Assembly (NCBI GenBank): GCA_963665195.1
Contig: OY762070.1
Coordinates: 4,977,809-5,041,808 of the forward strand
Length of the DNA stretch: 64,000 bases
Source of the DNA: Pseudomonadales bacterium
Lineage (GTDB): Bacteria > Pseudomonadota > Gammaproteobacteria > Pseudomonadales > Azotimanducaceae
Direction: 5' to 3'
This document shows, piece by piece, positions 39,764 to 49,358 of the stretch (the first letter of the stretch is position 1; every line of letters starts with the position of its first letter). The notes under the pieces are model-generated. The model saw only the letters and a program-made list of their open reading frames with translations, had not been told where the DNA came from and searched no databases. Both the position numbers and the translations under genes were made by a program.

Positions 39764-40179
39764 ACCCGCACCGCGACGAGACGCACCTCGACTGGCAGCC
39801 CGGCTGGGACTGGCTGCTGCCCGTGGTGGGGCTGCACATCCTCTTCACCGTGCCGTGGGTGGCGGCGCTCGGCTGGTGGGCGCTCGTGCCCGGCGCGCTG
39901 TCGATGCTCTACCACCTCGGCATCTACCGGCGCGGCGAGACCTGGCGCTTCGCCTTCGTCGAGGACGCGGTGGTGCTCTTCGAGCCGGAGCGGCCGGAAC
40001 GCAAGGGCGAGGCGCGGCGTCCGGCAAAGCTGCGCGGCGGGCCTTGGATCACCGCCAACTGGGTGGTCGTGCGCACCAGCCGGCGCGTGCTGGCGATGCA
40101 TGGTTCGCGCTACGACGCGGTGCGCTTCGCGAGGCTCCGGCGGGCCCTCCTCGGCGGACTCGAGGCCGGGAACGGCTGA
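39760..40179 (+). CDS. YgfX/CptA-like inner-membrane protein (copy 1)
   Basis: ATGA overlap with sdhE. Two TM helices ([34 protein letters not shown]). Conserved position after sdhE. Confidence 0.72.
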   Translation: MNPHRDETHLDWQPGWDWLLPVVGLHILFTVPWVAALGWWALVPGALSMLYHLGIYRRGETWRFAFVEDAVVLFEPERPERKGEARRPAKLRGGPWITANWVVVRTSRRVLAMHGSRYDAVRFARLRRALLGGLEAGNG

Positions 40180-40947
40180 AGCACGTCGAGCGGGTCCGCC
40201 GCCGGGTGGACGATGCTCGGCAGCGCCTGGGCGGCGCGGCGCGGGTAGTCGAGGGTGTAGTGCAGGCCGCGGCTCTCGCGCCGCATGAGCGCCGAACGGA
40301 CGATCAGCTCCGCCACATGCACCAGGTTGCGCAGTTCGATCAGGTCCGGGCCGACGCGGTGGCGGGCGTAGTAGTCGTGGATTTCGCGCTTGAGAAGGTC
40401 GATGCGATGCTGCGCGCGCTCCAGGCGCTTGTTGGTGCGCACGATGCCGACGTAGTCCCACATGAAGCGGCGCAGCTCCGTCCAGTTGTGGCTCAGCACC
40501 ACCTGCTCGTCGGAGTCCGAGACGCGGCTCTCGTCCCAATCCGGCAGTGCGACGGACGGTTGGCGCGCCGCCTCGCTGCGGCGCTGGGCGATGTCGGCGG
40601 CCGCGGCCTGGGCGAATACCAGGCACTCGAGCAGCGAATTGCTCGCCAGTCGGTTGGCGCCGTGCAGGCCGGTGCAGGCCGTCTCGCCAACCGCGTAGAG
40701 GCCGTCGATGTCCGTGCGGCTGGCGAGGTCCACGATCACGCCGCCGCAGGTGTAGTGCGCCGCCGGCACCACGGGGATGGGCTCGCGGCGGATGTCGATG
40801 TCGAGCTCCAGGCAGCGGGCCAGGATGGTGGGGAAGTGGGTTTCGAGGAAGCTGTCTTGCCGATGGCTGATGTCCAGATAGACGCAGCTCGCGCCGAGCC
40901 GCTTCATCTCGTGGTCGATGGCGCGCGCCACGATGTCGCGCGAGGCG
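40110..40947 (-). pseudogene. L-aspartate oxidase 3' fragment (duplicated, lacks the FAD-binding N-terminal 300 codons)
   Basis: Identical to the C-terminal part of nadB at 45547-46384. Homology ends at 40947. A GTG at 41174 creates a chimeric 354-codon ORF with 77 unrelated N-terminal residues. Confidence 0.85.
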
Positions 40948-41175
40948 GAGTAACTCTCGTGCGCCTTGCATGACTCCGGCACGGGCGGGCAAGCCTCCTG
41001 GCCGACCCTGCCACCCCGTTTGAGACCCGCGCCCGCCGAAGCGCGTATGGCCAGCGCTCTGTGCACGGCGTTCGTCAACCCCTCTATGCGCGGCTCCGAA
41101 TCCAAGCCAGCGCACCGCTTGCCGGAGTTCTTTCCGTCTGCCCCCGCAAGCATGGCGCACTGCGCGGCATTCACC

Positions 41176-41799
41176 TCAGCAAGCCACGAGGTCGGCGATG
41201 GCGGGCCAGAAAAGGCCGTCTATTGCGTCAACATCTTGCTCAAACTCAGCGGCTCGCTCACCTAGGGCGTATTTGGCCGGTACTTTGCCTTCCACCATCA
41301 CTGCTTCCATGAGCAGGCGGATCAGCGGCAGACGCAGGTTCCGCTCGTTCGGCACAGATGCCGCCATAGCCAGAAGCGCGAGATGCACCAGCCCGTGAAT
41401 TCTCCCGCTCTCGCTGAGCCGAGCCAGTTCGTCCGCTAGCAATGTGGTGATTCCGGCCCGTTTCAGGCTGTTGACGGCTCCCTTGACAACTACGGCGGAC
41501 GTGTCAGGCGGCCCGACCACGGACATGCCGGCATAAACCGTGACGGCCCAATCTGCTACGGCGCGAGCAAGCTTCTCCCTTGGCCCATTGCCCGATGTTG
41601 CGTTCTTGTCCGCGATGGCACCGCGCAAAGCGGCAGGCCACAGCACGAATGCGCCGACGCCCAGAGAATGAATGCGCCCCAGCCGGCGTCGATCCAACGC
41701 AGGAAGAAGAACAAACCGATCAGAACGACCAGCCAAGCGGCGAACGACCAGTACCTTCTCGTAGTCATTGGATTGCTCCATGCTGTGGGCTGTGCTCAT
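41176..41799 (-). CDS. island hypothetical protein (frame uncertain at the 5' end)
   Basis: Long minus-strand ORF. C-terminal ~170 aa have no recognised domain. An overlapping frame (start 41768) encodes a convincing TM helix, [33 protein letters not shown], so the true product may be a frameshifted membrane-anchored protein. Confidence 0.4.
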   Translation of the reverse strand: MSTAHSMEQSNDYEKVLVVRRLAGRSDRFVLLPALDRRRLGRIHSLGVGAFVLWPAALRGAIADKNATSGNGPREKLARAVADWAVTVYAGMSVVGPPDTSAVVVKGAVNSLKRAGITTLLADELARLSESGRIHGLVHLALLAMAASVPNERNLRLPLIRLLMEAVMVEGKVPAKYALGERAAEFEQDVDAIDGLFWPAIADLVAC

Positions 41800-41896
41800 T
41801 ATCTCCCGGCACACTCTGAACCAGTAGTCCACAGCGGGGACGACTGCATGAAGCTCAACGCCGCTTTCGCCGTGCATTGTCGCCGCCGCTGTCGGC

Positions 41897-42283
41897 TCAG
41901 AACCAGCGGACGCCCACTAGGACGGCGTGCGCAACGGCGGCAATGGCGACGCCCCATTGCTCCGCCCCTGCAACCATGAACCCGTGGTCTGTGAGGTCCG
42001 GCTCCTTGGCTGAGACGCCATAGACCAGAAAGACCCCTAGGAACAGCAGTAGGGGCATCGGGCCACCGAGAAGGGCACCCCAAAGAGCGCCGACGCCAAG
42101 CCACAAGATGACGTTGGCGGACAGAAGGCCGGAGCCAGTGGACGTGCCGGGCGCGATCTTTCCTTGGATGAACGCGAACGGCATCGCAATCAGCCCGGAA
42201 AGCATGGTTGCGAGTCCGAAGAACGTCGCGCCGAACACGATGACGTAGGCGACCACGTTGGCGACAATGAGGGAGGTGGGCAT
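41897..42283 (-). CDS. island small integral membrane protein (128 aa, about 4 TM)
   Basis: ATG preceded by AGGAAGGA. Highly hydrophobic Gly/Ala/Leu-rich sequence. No family recognised. Confidence 0.6.
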   Translation of the reverse strand: MPTSLIVANVVAYVIVFGATFFGLATMLSGLIAMPFAFIQGKIAPGTSTGSGLLSANVILWLGVGALWGALLGGPMPLLLFLGVFLVYGVSAKEPDLTDHGFMVAGAEQWGVAIAAVAHAVLVGVRWF

Positions 42284-42707
42284 CGGGCCGGTCCTTCCTA
42301 CCCGTCTCGGCAGGGGGCGACCATAGCACAACCCGGCCGCCGCCAAAACGCGGTAGGTTCCCCCGCTCTCGCCGCTCGAACCTTCAACGCTCAGGAGCAA
42401 CATTTACGATCCCCATTGGATCGCATGGCGAGAAGCGCCCCGCCGACGTGATCGGAACACGGTACAGTGCTGCCATGTGTTGTCGGCGACGCGGAGGGCG
42501 AACTCGCCGGTCAGCAGCGCAACGGCGACGTGCTCGGCGCAGGCCCTGAGCGCCGAGCGCCGGTCCGAGATCGCCCGCACCGGCGTCGCAGACGCGCTGG
42601 GGCCTCCTGACGAACAACAGCCGCCGGAAAGACGCCCCGGCAGCGAGTTGCAAACGGCAGCCTCCTGCCGCCGCCGTCGCGTCTCGGTGCGGGAGGGGAA
42701 GCCAGAC

Positions 42708-43160
42708 CTACCTCTCTTGCTTCTCGCCTTTTTCCACAGCGTCGTACCGTTCCACTACCGCCTCCGCAAGACGAGCGTACGCGATCCGCCGCCTGCCATT
42801 CTCGTCCGGAAGGACGATTTCCGCGTGACAGGGCGCGGCTGGCCATTCGGCAGTGGCTGGAAGCGGATCTTCAATAACATCAAGCGGAGTCTCGTTGTCG
42901 TCGGGCTTGATCCTACGTATCGCGTTCACAGCGACCTCCGCGAACTTGGCGTTGGTACCCCGGCTCATCCGCACGAGCTTCCGTACTCGCGCTACCTGCT
43001 CCTCCGAGGTTTCCTCGCCTCCGCACTCCATCCAGTTCACCGATATGTCGCCGTTGTTCGGCACTTCGAAGCCGCGTGGCTGGACTACGCCTTCCTGAAT
43101 CTTGCTGGCTCCTACGTACCTAAGGACTCGATGGCCAGCGGGTAGAGGATCACCCTTCAT
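42708..43160 (-). CDS. island hypothetical protein C (150 aa)
   Basis: ORF whose ATG (43160) lies inside the last codons of the upstream gene (11-nt overlap; an alternative ATG is at 43190). Lower GC. No domain recognised. Confidence 0.55.
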   Translation of the reverse strand: MKGDPLPAGHRVLRYVGASKIQEGVVQPRGFEVPNNGDISVNWMECGGEETSEEQVARVRKLVRMSRGTNAKFAEVAVNAIRRIKPDDNETPLDVIEDPLPATAEWPAAPCHAEIVLPDENGRRRIAYARLAEAVVERYDAVEKGEKQER

Positions 43161-43998
43161 CCTGCAACAACGACTCAAGACCTCGTTCATGCACGAGCGC
43201 TAGCAGTGCCCCTAAGTCCACCGTCTCTGCTTGGCCTCCAACGTCAGAGTGCAGGTTCAATAGTACGTAGTCAACGCCGCCATCTGCGGCGAACTCAAGG
43301 TCAAACCGCCAGTCTTTGTCGCGCCAAGTGGCTGCATAGCGACCATCATCCAAAAGAAACAACCCGTCGGCCCTGCGTGCGCCGGAGACTTCGACGAAGC
43401 GCTGGAACTGCCTTCGCGACTCCGCATCAGGCGCAATTCCTTCATCGATTGCGATCTCCATGAGTTCACGGAGTCGGGCAGTGTAGGCCGACGAGAAGGT
43501 AGTCCTCTGCGAGGCTACCCAGGCGGCATTGAAGACCACCGGCGTTCTCACGAGAAAACCCGTCGATGTCGTAGCGGCCGAGTGGTGAAGCGCGTACCAC
43601 ACTACATGTACGCCAGATTCGAGCACTCCTTCGCTGTTCAGCTTATTCGCTGTGACCTTCTCTCCGAAGTGGTGCCACGCGGAATCCTGGAATACAGACT
43701 CTTCGAGCAGACGCTTTCGGCGAGCAAGGTCGTTTCCGCGGATGAGCACCGAGCTTTCGGCCGGGTCAGACCAATGTCGGTCCTGGGACCGGCTGATCGG
43801 CAGCTCTTCCTCGGCGGGGGCATTGACTACCACGGCAACGAGCTGCTGCGTCCAATGGTCCAACGACGGCCGCAACTGTCGGCCGTCGAGCGTCTGCCGC
43901 TCGGCTAGGTACGGACCATTGGCGCAAACGCCTAGCGGGTGGAGCGCGGTTTCCGCTACCGATGCTGGGGGATTGGGAAGTGCTGCCACGCTCATCAT
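43150..43998 (-). CDS. island hypothetical protein B (282 aa)
   Basis: ATGA overlap with the upstream gene. Lower GC. No domain recognised. Confidence 0.6.
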   Translation of the reverse strand: MMSVAALPNPPASVAETALHPLGVCANGPYLAERQTLDGRQLRPSLDHWTQQLVAVVVNAPAEEELPISRSQDRHWSDPAESSVLIRGNDLARRKRLLEESVFQDSAWHHFGEKVTANKLNSEGVLESGVHVVWYALHHSAATTSTGFLVRTPVVFNAAWVASQRTTFSSAYTARLRELMEIAIDEGIAPDAESRRQFQRFVEVSGARRADGLFLLDDGRYAATWRDKDWRFDLEFAADGGVDYVLLNLHSDVGGQAETVDLGALLALVHERGLESLLQDEG

Positions 43999-44675
43999 GC
44001 TGACCCGCTCGCGCGAAGATCAACCGCACCAATAACGGCACGCACATGGGACTGCAGGCGGTCCATGGCTTCCTCCATCGCCCCGAGCGACGGGGGCAGA
44101 TCACCGCAATCATTGATGTGATAGTTAGCCTGCAGGTATACGCGCTCGGTCTCCAAGTCCTTGCGACGGGGTTCCAGCGTAACGGTCAAGAGCCCGCCGT
44201 CCGAGCAACGTAACTTAATCTCCGCGGAGACGCCTCCCAACAGCTCGTCGATTCCAGTGACATCGGCCACGTCCGTGTACAGAGCCTTGCCAAGGTACTG
44301 AAAGGCCGACAAGCCGGATTGCTGCTCGTAGACTAGGGCGACGTTACAGCCGTACGAGGCCAGCGAGGCGCCTGACTCCGTGAGCATTATCGCAGACGAC
44401 ATTAGCCTACACACTCTGGTTGCGTCATCGAAATCGCGAGGATACTCGACCACGGCCTGGACACGGCGATCTTCCCCTACGGACAGCTCCATTCGATCAC
44501 GGTCGATTACGAATCGTCGAACGGGACTCATCCTTGCCGGACCAGCAATGGTTGCCAACTCGAGCGTGGCCTCCCACTGGGAGCAGAAGGCACTTGCCGC
44601 ACTCTCGTCGGTGAGAAGGTCCGTGCCCACGAGCACGACACTCGCACTCAGAATGTCCATGATGTCGGGTGCCAT
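43995..44675 (-). CDS. island hypothetical protein A (226 aa)
   Basis: ATG overlaps the TGA of the 47-codon leader ORF by 1 nt. Lower GC. No domain recognised. Confidence 0.6.
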   Translation of the reverse strand: MAPDIMDILSASVVLVGTDLLTDESAASAFCSQWEATLELATIAGPARMSPVRRFVIDRDRMELSVGEDRRVQAVVEYPRDFDDATRVCRLMSSAIMLTESGASLASYGCNVALVYEQQSGLSAFQYLGKALYTDVADVTGIDELLGGVSAEIKLRCSDGGLLTVTLEPRRKDLETERVYLQANYHINDCGDLPPSLGAMEEAMDRLQSHVRAVIGAVDLRASGSA

Positions 44676-44818
44676 CAGGTGAGGTCGCTTAGGTTCTGGC
44701 CATGCCGGCCGGGGTCACGCAGCGTAGCGTCCATGGTCACGCGTTCCCGTTTCGATTCGGCTTGCACGACATCAGGCCGGGTCGCCACCTCAACGATGGG
44801 CGTCCACTCGTCGTCCAT
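44675..44818 (-). CDS. island small ORF (47 aa, acidic N-terminus), first gene of the cassette
   Basis: Below the ORF-track size cut-off. Found by hand: AAGGAGGA sits 6 nt upstream of ATG 44818. Product MDDEWTPIVEVATRPDVVQAESKRERVTMDATLRDPGRHGQNLSDLT. The stop overlaps the next start. Confidence 0.45.
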   Translation of the reverse strand: MDDEWTPIVEVATRPDVVQAESKRERVTMDATLRDPGRHGQNLSDLT

Positions 44819-45149
44819 CCGGTCCTCCTTTCGTTAGTTGTGACCGTGCGGTCCACATGGTAGTTCAACCGGTGCCGTGTAGCGCGTCGTCCTCAGGGCC
44901 TGCAACGGCTCCGTAGTGCCCACCTGCTCCGAAGCGAGCTTTCGGCGTGCTGGCAAGACGTGGCTGTTCTTCCCGCCTCGCCGGTCGCGAAAGCCCCATC
45001 ATGAGGCATGACCCCATCACGTCGGCGGGCCGCTCCTAGGCACTCCTTCCACTCGGCGTGTCCTCTCTTCCGGATCGTTCGATGCACGAGTATGACAGAG
45101 TACGGCGTCGTGCGCGACGCCGCTGTGGCTTCAAGGCTGTGGCCACATA

Positions 45150-46384
45150 GGCATCGTCGCGGAGATCGTCGCCTTCAATGCCGGGCAGGACGCGCCGTGA
45201 ACCCGCACCGCGACGAGACGCACCTCGACTGGCAGCCCGGCTGGGACTGGCTGCTGCCCGTGGTGGGGCTGCACATCCTCTTCACCGTGCCGTGGGTGGC
45301 GGCGCTCGGCTGGTGGGCGCTCGTGCCCGGCGCGCTGTCGATGCTCTACCACCTCGGCATCTACCGGCGCGGCGAGACCTGGCGCTTCGCCTTCGTCGAG
45401 GACGCGGTGGTGCTCTTCGAGCCGGAGCGGCCGGAACGCAAGGGCGAGGCGCGGCGTCCGGCAAAGCTGCGCGGCGGGCCTTGGATCACCGCCAACTGGG
45501 TGGTCGTGCGCACCAGCCGGCGCGTGCTGGCGATGCATGGTTCGCGCTACGACGCGGTGCGCTTCGCGAGGCTCCGGCGGGCCCTCCTCGGCGGACTCGA
45601 GGCCGGGAACGGCTGAAGCACGTCGAGCGGGTCCGCCGCCGGGTGGACGATGCTCGGCAGCGCCTGGGCGGCGCGGCGCGGGTAGTCGAGGGTGTAGTGC
45701 AGGCCGCGGCTCTCGCGCCGCATGAGCGCCGAACGGACGATCAGCTCCGCCACATGCACCAGGTTGCGCAGTTCGATCAGGTCCGGGCCGACGCGGTGGC
45801 GGGCGTAGTAGTCGTGGATTTCGCGCTTGAGAAGGTCGATGCGATGCTGCGCGCGCTCCAGGCGCTTGTTGGTGCGCACGATGCCGACGTAGTCCCACAT
45901 GAAGCGGCGCAGCTCCGTCCAGTTGTGGCTCAGCACCACCTGCTCGTCGGAGTCCGAGACGCGGCTCTCGTCCCAATCCGGCAGTGCGACGGACGGTTGG
46001 CGCGCCGCCTCGCTGCGGCGCTGGGCGATGTCGGCGGCCGCGGCCTGGGCGAATACCAGGCACTCGAGCAGCGAATTGCTCGCCAGTCGGTTGGCGCCGT
46101 GCAGGCCGGTGCAGGCCGTCTCGCCAACCGCGTAGAGGCCGTCGATGTCCGTGCGGCTGGCGAGGTCCACGATCACGCCGCCGCAGGTGTAGTGCGCCGC
46201 CGGCACCACGGGGATGGGCTCGCGGCGGATGTCGATGTCGAGCTCCAGGCAGCGGGCCAGGATGGTGGGGAAGTGGGTTTCGAGGAAGCTGTCTTGCCGA
46301 TGGCTGATGTCCAGATAGACGCAGCTCGCGCCGAGCCGCTTCATCTCGTGGTCGATGGCGCGCGCCACGATGTCGCGCGAGGCG
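45150..46384. repeat. 1,235-bp direct repeat, right copy
   Basis: See 39713-40947. Confidence 0.93.
45197..45616 (+). CDS. YgfX/CptA-like inner-membrane protein (copy 2, no intact sdhE upstream)
   Basis: Same protein as 39760-40179, but the start codon is GTG (SNP), and only the last 47 nt of sdhE precede it. Confidence 0.65.
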   Translation: MNPHRDETHLDWQPGWDWLLPVVGLHILFTVPWVAALGWWALVPGALSMLYHLGIYRRGETWRFAFVEDAVVLFEPERPERKGEARRPAKLRGGPWITANWVVVRTSRRVLAMHGSRYDAVRFARLRRALLGGLEAGNG

Positions 46385-47292
46385 AGCTCGGCCCTCGGAT
46401 CGAAGCGCTCCATGAAGCGCGTGCCGTCCGGCAGCAAGAGCTTGCCACCTTCGCCGCGCACGGCTTCCGAGATGAGAAAGGAGCGCGCTTCGGGGTGGTA
46501 CAGGCAGGTGGGATGGAACTGGTTGAACTCCATGTTCGCCACTCGGCAGCCGGCCCGCCAAGCCATGGCGATGCCATCGCCCGTCGCGCCGTCGGGATTG
46601 CTTGTGTAGAGGTAGGCCTTGCTCGCGCCGCCGGTGGCAAGCACCACGAAGGGCGCCTCGAACACTTCCACCGCATCTGCGGCGCTGTGGTAGGCGTAGG
46701 CGCCGAGCACGCGGTTCTGCCGATGTTCGGGTGCCGGCAGGGGAATGGCGTTGCCGTCCGACGTGCGTGGTCGCTGACGCTTGGAACGCTCGCCCCGGGC
46801 GAACTTCTGGGTGGTGGCAATGTCGATGGCCACCCGGCCGCTCTGGATGTCGATATTCGGATGTGCCCGCGCCCGTTCGATCAGCGTCCTGCCGATCGCC
46901 GCGCCGGTCGCGTCCGCTACATGCAGCACGCGCCGATGGCTGTGCCCGCCCTCCCGGGTGAGATGCGGCTCGCCGTCCTCGCGGTCGAAGCTAAGCCCCA
47001 TGTCCACCACGTGCTGGATGGCCTGCGGCCCGCGCGACACGGCGAACCGCACGGCCTCTGCGTCGCATAGACCAGCGCCGGCGGCGATCGTGTCCTCGAT
47101 GTGCGACTCGAAGCTGTCGCTGGCCGCAGTAACCGCCGCAACGCCGCCTTGGGCGCGGTTCGTCGCCCCGCCATGCACGGCGTCCTTCGACAGCACGGTG
47201 ACCTGGGCGTCGTCCGCCAGGCGCAGCGCAGTGGCAAGCCCGGCCGCCCCGCTGCCGATCACCAGCACATCCGTTCGAGTCCGATTCGCCAC
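45547..47292 (-). CDS. nadB: L-aspartate oxidase
   Basis: [15 protein letters not shown] motif, [23 protein letters not shown], and C-terminal [14 protein letters not shown] start. About 25 extra residues ([27 protein letters not shown]) relative to the typical NadB as I recall it. The 3' end overlaps ygfX copy 2 by 70 nt. Confidence 0.92.
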   Translation of the reverse strand: MANRTRTDVLVIGSGAAGLATALRLADDAQVTVLSKDAVHGGATNRAQGGVAAVTAASDSFESHIEDTIAAGAGLCDAEAVRFAVSRGPQAIQHVVDMGLSFDREDGEPHLTREGGHSHRRVLHVADATGAAIGRTLIERARAHPNIDIQSGRVAIDIATTQKFARGERSKRQRPRTSDGNAIPLPAPEHRQNRVLGAYAYHSAADAVEVFEAPFVVLATGGASKAYLYTSNPDGATGDGIAMAWRAGCRVANMEFNQFHPTCLYHPEARSFLISEAVRGEGGKLLLPDGTRFMERFDPRAELASRDIVARAIDHEMKRLGASCVYLDISHRQDSFLETHFPTILARCLELDIDIRREPIPVVPAAHYTCGGVIVDLASRTDIDGLYAVGETACTGLHGANRLASNSLLECLVFAQAAAADIAQRRSEAARQPSVALPDWDESRVSDSDEQVVLSHNWTELRRFMWDYVGIVRTNKRLERAQHRIDLLKREIHDYYARHRVGPDLIELRNLVHVAELIVRSALMRRESRGLHYTLDYPRRAAQALPSIVHPAADPLDVLQPFPASSPPRRARRSLAKRTAS

Positions 47293-47461
47293 GCGAGGAA
47301 CCGTTGCGTTTTCGTTGCAGCGAGTATAGCGCCGGGGTCCGGCGCTAGTGTGCCGTCGCGGAATCGCCTGACATATGCCGCGCAGTCGAGCGTCTCCCAC
47401 CAAGCGTCGTTTGGTGGTCAAATGAGGTCCGACGAGGCGCTCCGCCGTGGACGGATGCGCG

Positions 47462-49168
47462 TTACGGTGGCGGTTCGCTCGGGCGGGACCAATCCAGGCG
47501 AATGTCCCAGTCGTAGACGAACTCTTCCGGCAGCGTTGGCGCGGTCGCGTTGTCGATATGGGTGTAGACGTTGGCGGGCGGCTCCGGCATCGCGTCGCGA
47601 CCGTAGATGTAGTCCTGGTCGAGCACGATGGCGCGGTAGGCCTTGTTAAGTGCCAGCGCTCGCGTCACCGACGGCACGACCAGCGCATAGACGTCCGCCG
47701 CAGCTTCCACCCGTTCCCGGTCGATGCTGCCGTCCGCATTGAACCAGCGCGCGAACATCTCCGGGTTGCTGCGGAACTCGCCGCCGCCGCCGACGCGCTC
47801 GAGGTAGACGGCGATCTCGCCACGGGTCTCGCCGAAGCTTGGCGCGTCGGGCATGCCCTTGAGGTCGATGTAGCCCCAACCCGGGGCGCCGTCGACCTTG
47901 CGCGGGAAGCCGAAGGTCTTGTCGACGGTGACGCCGACCGAGGTGTGGCAACCCATGCAGAACAGGGTCTCCTCGTACGTGGCGGCGCGCAGTTCGCCGC
48001 TGCGGTCCTCGATGAAGCCCTGCAGCGACCAGCCGAACTTGTTGTCGAGGCCGCGGTCGCCGAGGTGGGCGTACTGGGGCATGTTGCCGAGTTCCTTCTC
48101 GAACGCCTCGAGCTGGTACTGGCGCGCGTAGACCTGCTTGCTGTAGGCGACCCACTTGCGCATGTAGCGGACCTCCTTCATGCGCCGCGACGATCCGATC
48201 TCGCCGTCTTCGGCGATCCCGAGGTAGCGCACCGTGTGCAGAAACTCGGTGCCCGTCGGGTAGAGGTGGGTATCGCGGAACTCGTCGACGGCGGCGCCCA
48301 CGTAACCGGTCGGCAGGGCGACGCGTCGGGCGACGCCGAGCAGACCGTCGCCATCGAGGTCGACACCGACGCGTCGCTCGTCCACGGGCGGCATGGTGAT
48401 CGAGTCGAGTCCCTTGATGCCGGCCTCGAGGATCGCGAGGTTCGCGAGGTACACGTCCCGGGAGCGACTGCCGCTGGCGTCTGTCCGGAACTGTACCGGC
48501 AGGCGGATCATGACATCGTCGGTGGAGCCGTTGGTCGGCCAGAACGTGCTAGGGAACGGCTTGTAGTTGAACGCCACCCAATCGCTGCCGTCGAGGGCGA
48601 AGCCTTGATCGTCGAACGCCGCCGCGCCGCGCTGCAGACCGTCGAGGTCGGGAATCCAGCCCGAGAAACCGGCTTGGCGCAGACGCGGCGCAAGGGCAGA
48701 GTAGTTGTCGTCGTCCACCCATGCGCGGATCTCGTCGTCGGATACGCGCCCGACTTCTGCGGACCGGTCCTCGAACAGGTTTCGCCAGTGGTTGGTCATG
48801 CCGACGTCGCTGAAGCTATAGGCGACCTGCAGGTCGTCATCGTTCATGACGTTCTCCCGGCTCGGGATCTCGCGCTGGTGGCACACGTAGCAGGGGTTGA
48901 AGCGTCCTTCGGTGCGCGTGTAGCACTGCGGCGGAATGATCGCCTCCGGGTTGTAGGCAGTCCGTATGGGGTGGACGTCCGGCAGCGGACGCGGCACCAC
49001 GGCGTCGCTGTCGCCGAGATACTCGAGGACCTGTTCGTGGTAGGGGGCCGGAGGCACCTCCGCGGCGTCTGCCAGCACGGCGGCGGTCGGCGTGCGTTCG
49101 GACTGCGGCAGACAGCCGCAGAGGACCAACGACGCCAGCGCGAGGTACGCGAGCCCCCAGGCCCGCAT
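47462..49168 (-). CDS. lipoprotein with two CXXCH haem-binding motifs
   Basis: Lipobox LVLCGC. CYVCH and CMGCH motifs about 330 residues apart. 568 aa. No named family recognised. Confidence 0.7.
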   Translation of the reverse strand: MRAWGLAYLALASLVLCGCLPQSERTPTAAVLADAAEVPPAPYHEQVLEYLGDSDAVVPRPLPDVHPIRTAYNPEAIIPPQCYTRTEGRFNPCYVCHQREIPSRENVMNDDDLQVAYSFSDVGMTNHWRNLFEDRSAEVGRVSDDEIRAWVDDDNYSALAPRLRQAGFSGWIPDLDGLQRGAAAFDDQGFALDGSDWVAFNYKPFPSTFWPTNGSTDDVMIRLPVQFRTDASGSRSRDVYLANLAILEAGIKGLDSITMPPVDERRVGVDLDGDGLLGVARRVALPTGYVGAAVDEFRDTHLYPTGTEFLHTVRYLGIAEDGEIGSSRRMKEVRYMRKWVAYSKQVYARQYQLEAFEKELGNMPQYAHLGDRGLDNKFGWSLQGFIEDRSGELRAATYEETLFCMGCHTSVGVTVDKTFGFPRKVDGAPGWGYIDLKGMPDAPSFGETRGEIAVYLERVGGGGEFRSNPEMFARWFNADGSIDRERVEAAADVYALVVPSVTRALALNKAYRAIVLDQDYIYGRDAMPEPPANVYTHIDNATAPTLPEEFVYDWDIRLDWSRPSEPPP

Positions 49169-49358
49169 TGGAGCTCGTATCGGGCCGGGTCGGCGAACGG
49201 GAACGGCATTACCCGTTCGTGGACATCCGCGCATCGTCAAAGGTGTGTCGCTCGCTACGCGGTTGCCGCCGCGCCCGTCCGGCACCTCGCTCGGGGGTGT
49301 CAAGAACCCGGGCCGACTTCCGTCGTGGGCGTCTGCCCGGGTTCTTGGTCCGGTGGCG

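Larger units (their letters stand above)
39713..40947. repeat. 1,235-bp direct repeat, left copy (sdhE 3' end, ygfX, nadB 3' 790 bp)
   Basis: Collinear with 45150-46384 (offset 5437). Only two differences seen (39747 C/G, 39759 A/G). All three reading frames in the ORF track are otherwise identical. Confidence 0.93.

Noticed and set aside
42284-42707. ORFs 42384-42653 (minus) and 42477-43145 (plus) in the gap between island genes
   Set aside because: The translations are Arg/Pro-rich with no coding-like pattern, and the plus ORF runs antisense to the well-supported 150-aa gene. Treated as non-coding, although the gap has higher GC than the rest of the island and could be a decayed gene.
44819-45149. 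ORF 44893-45087 (minus) and the 5' part of ORF 45008-45616 (plus) at the right island junction
   Set aside because: Neither has an RBS or recognisable features, and both cross the repeat junction. More likely this is the promoter/leader region of the island cassette.
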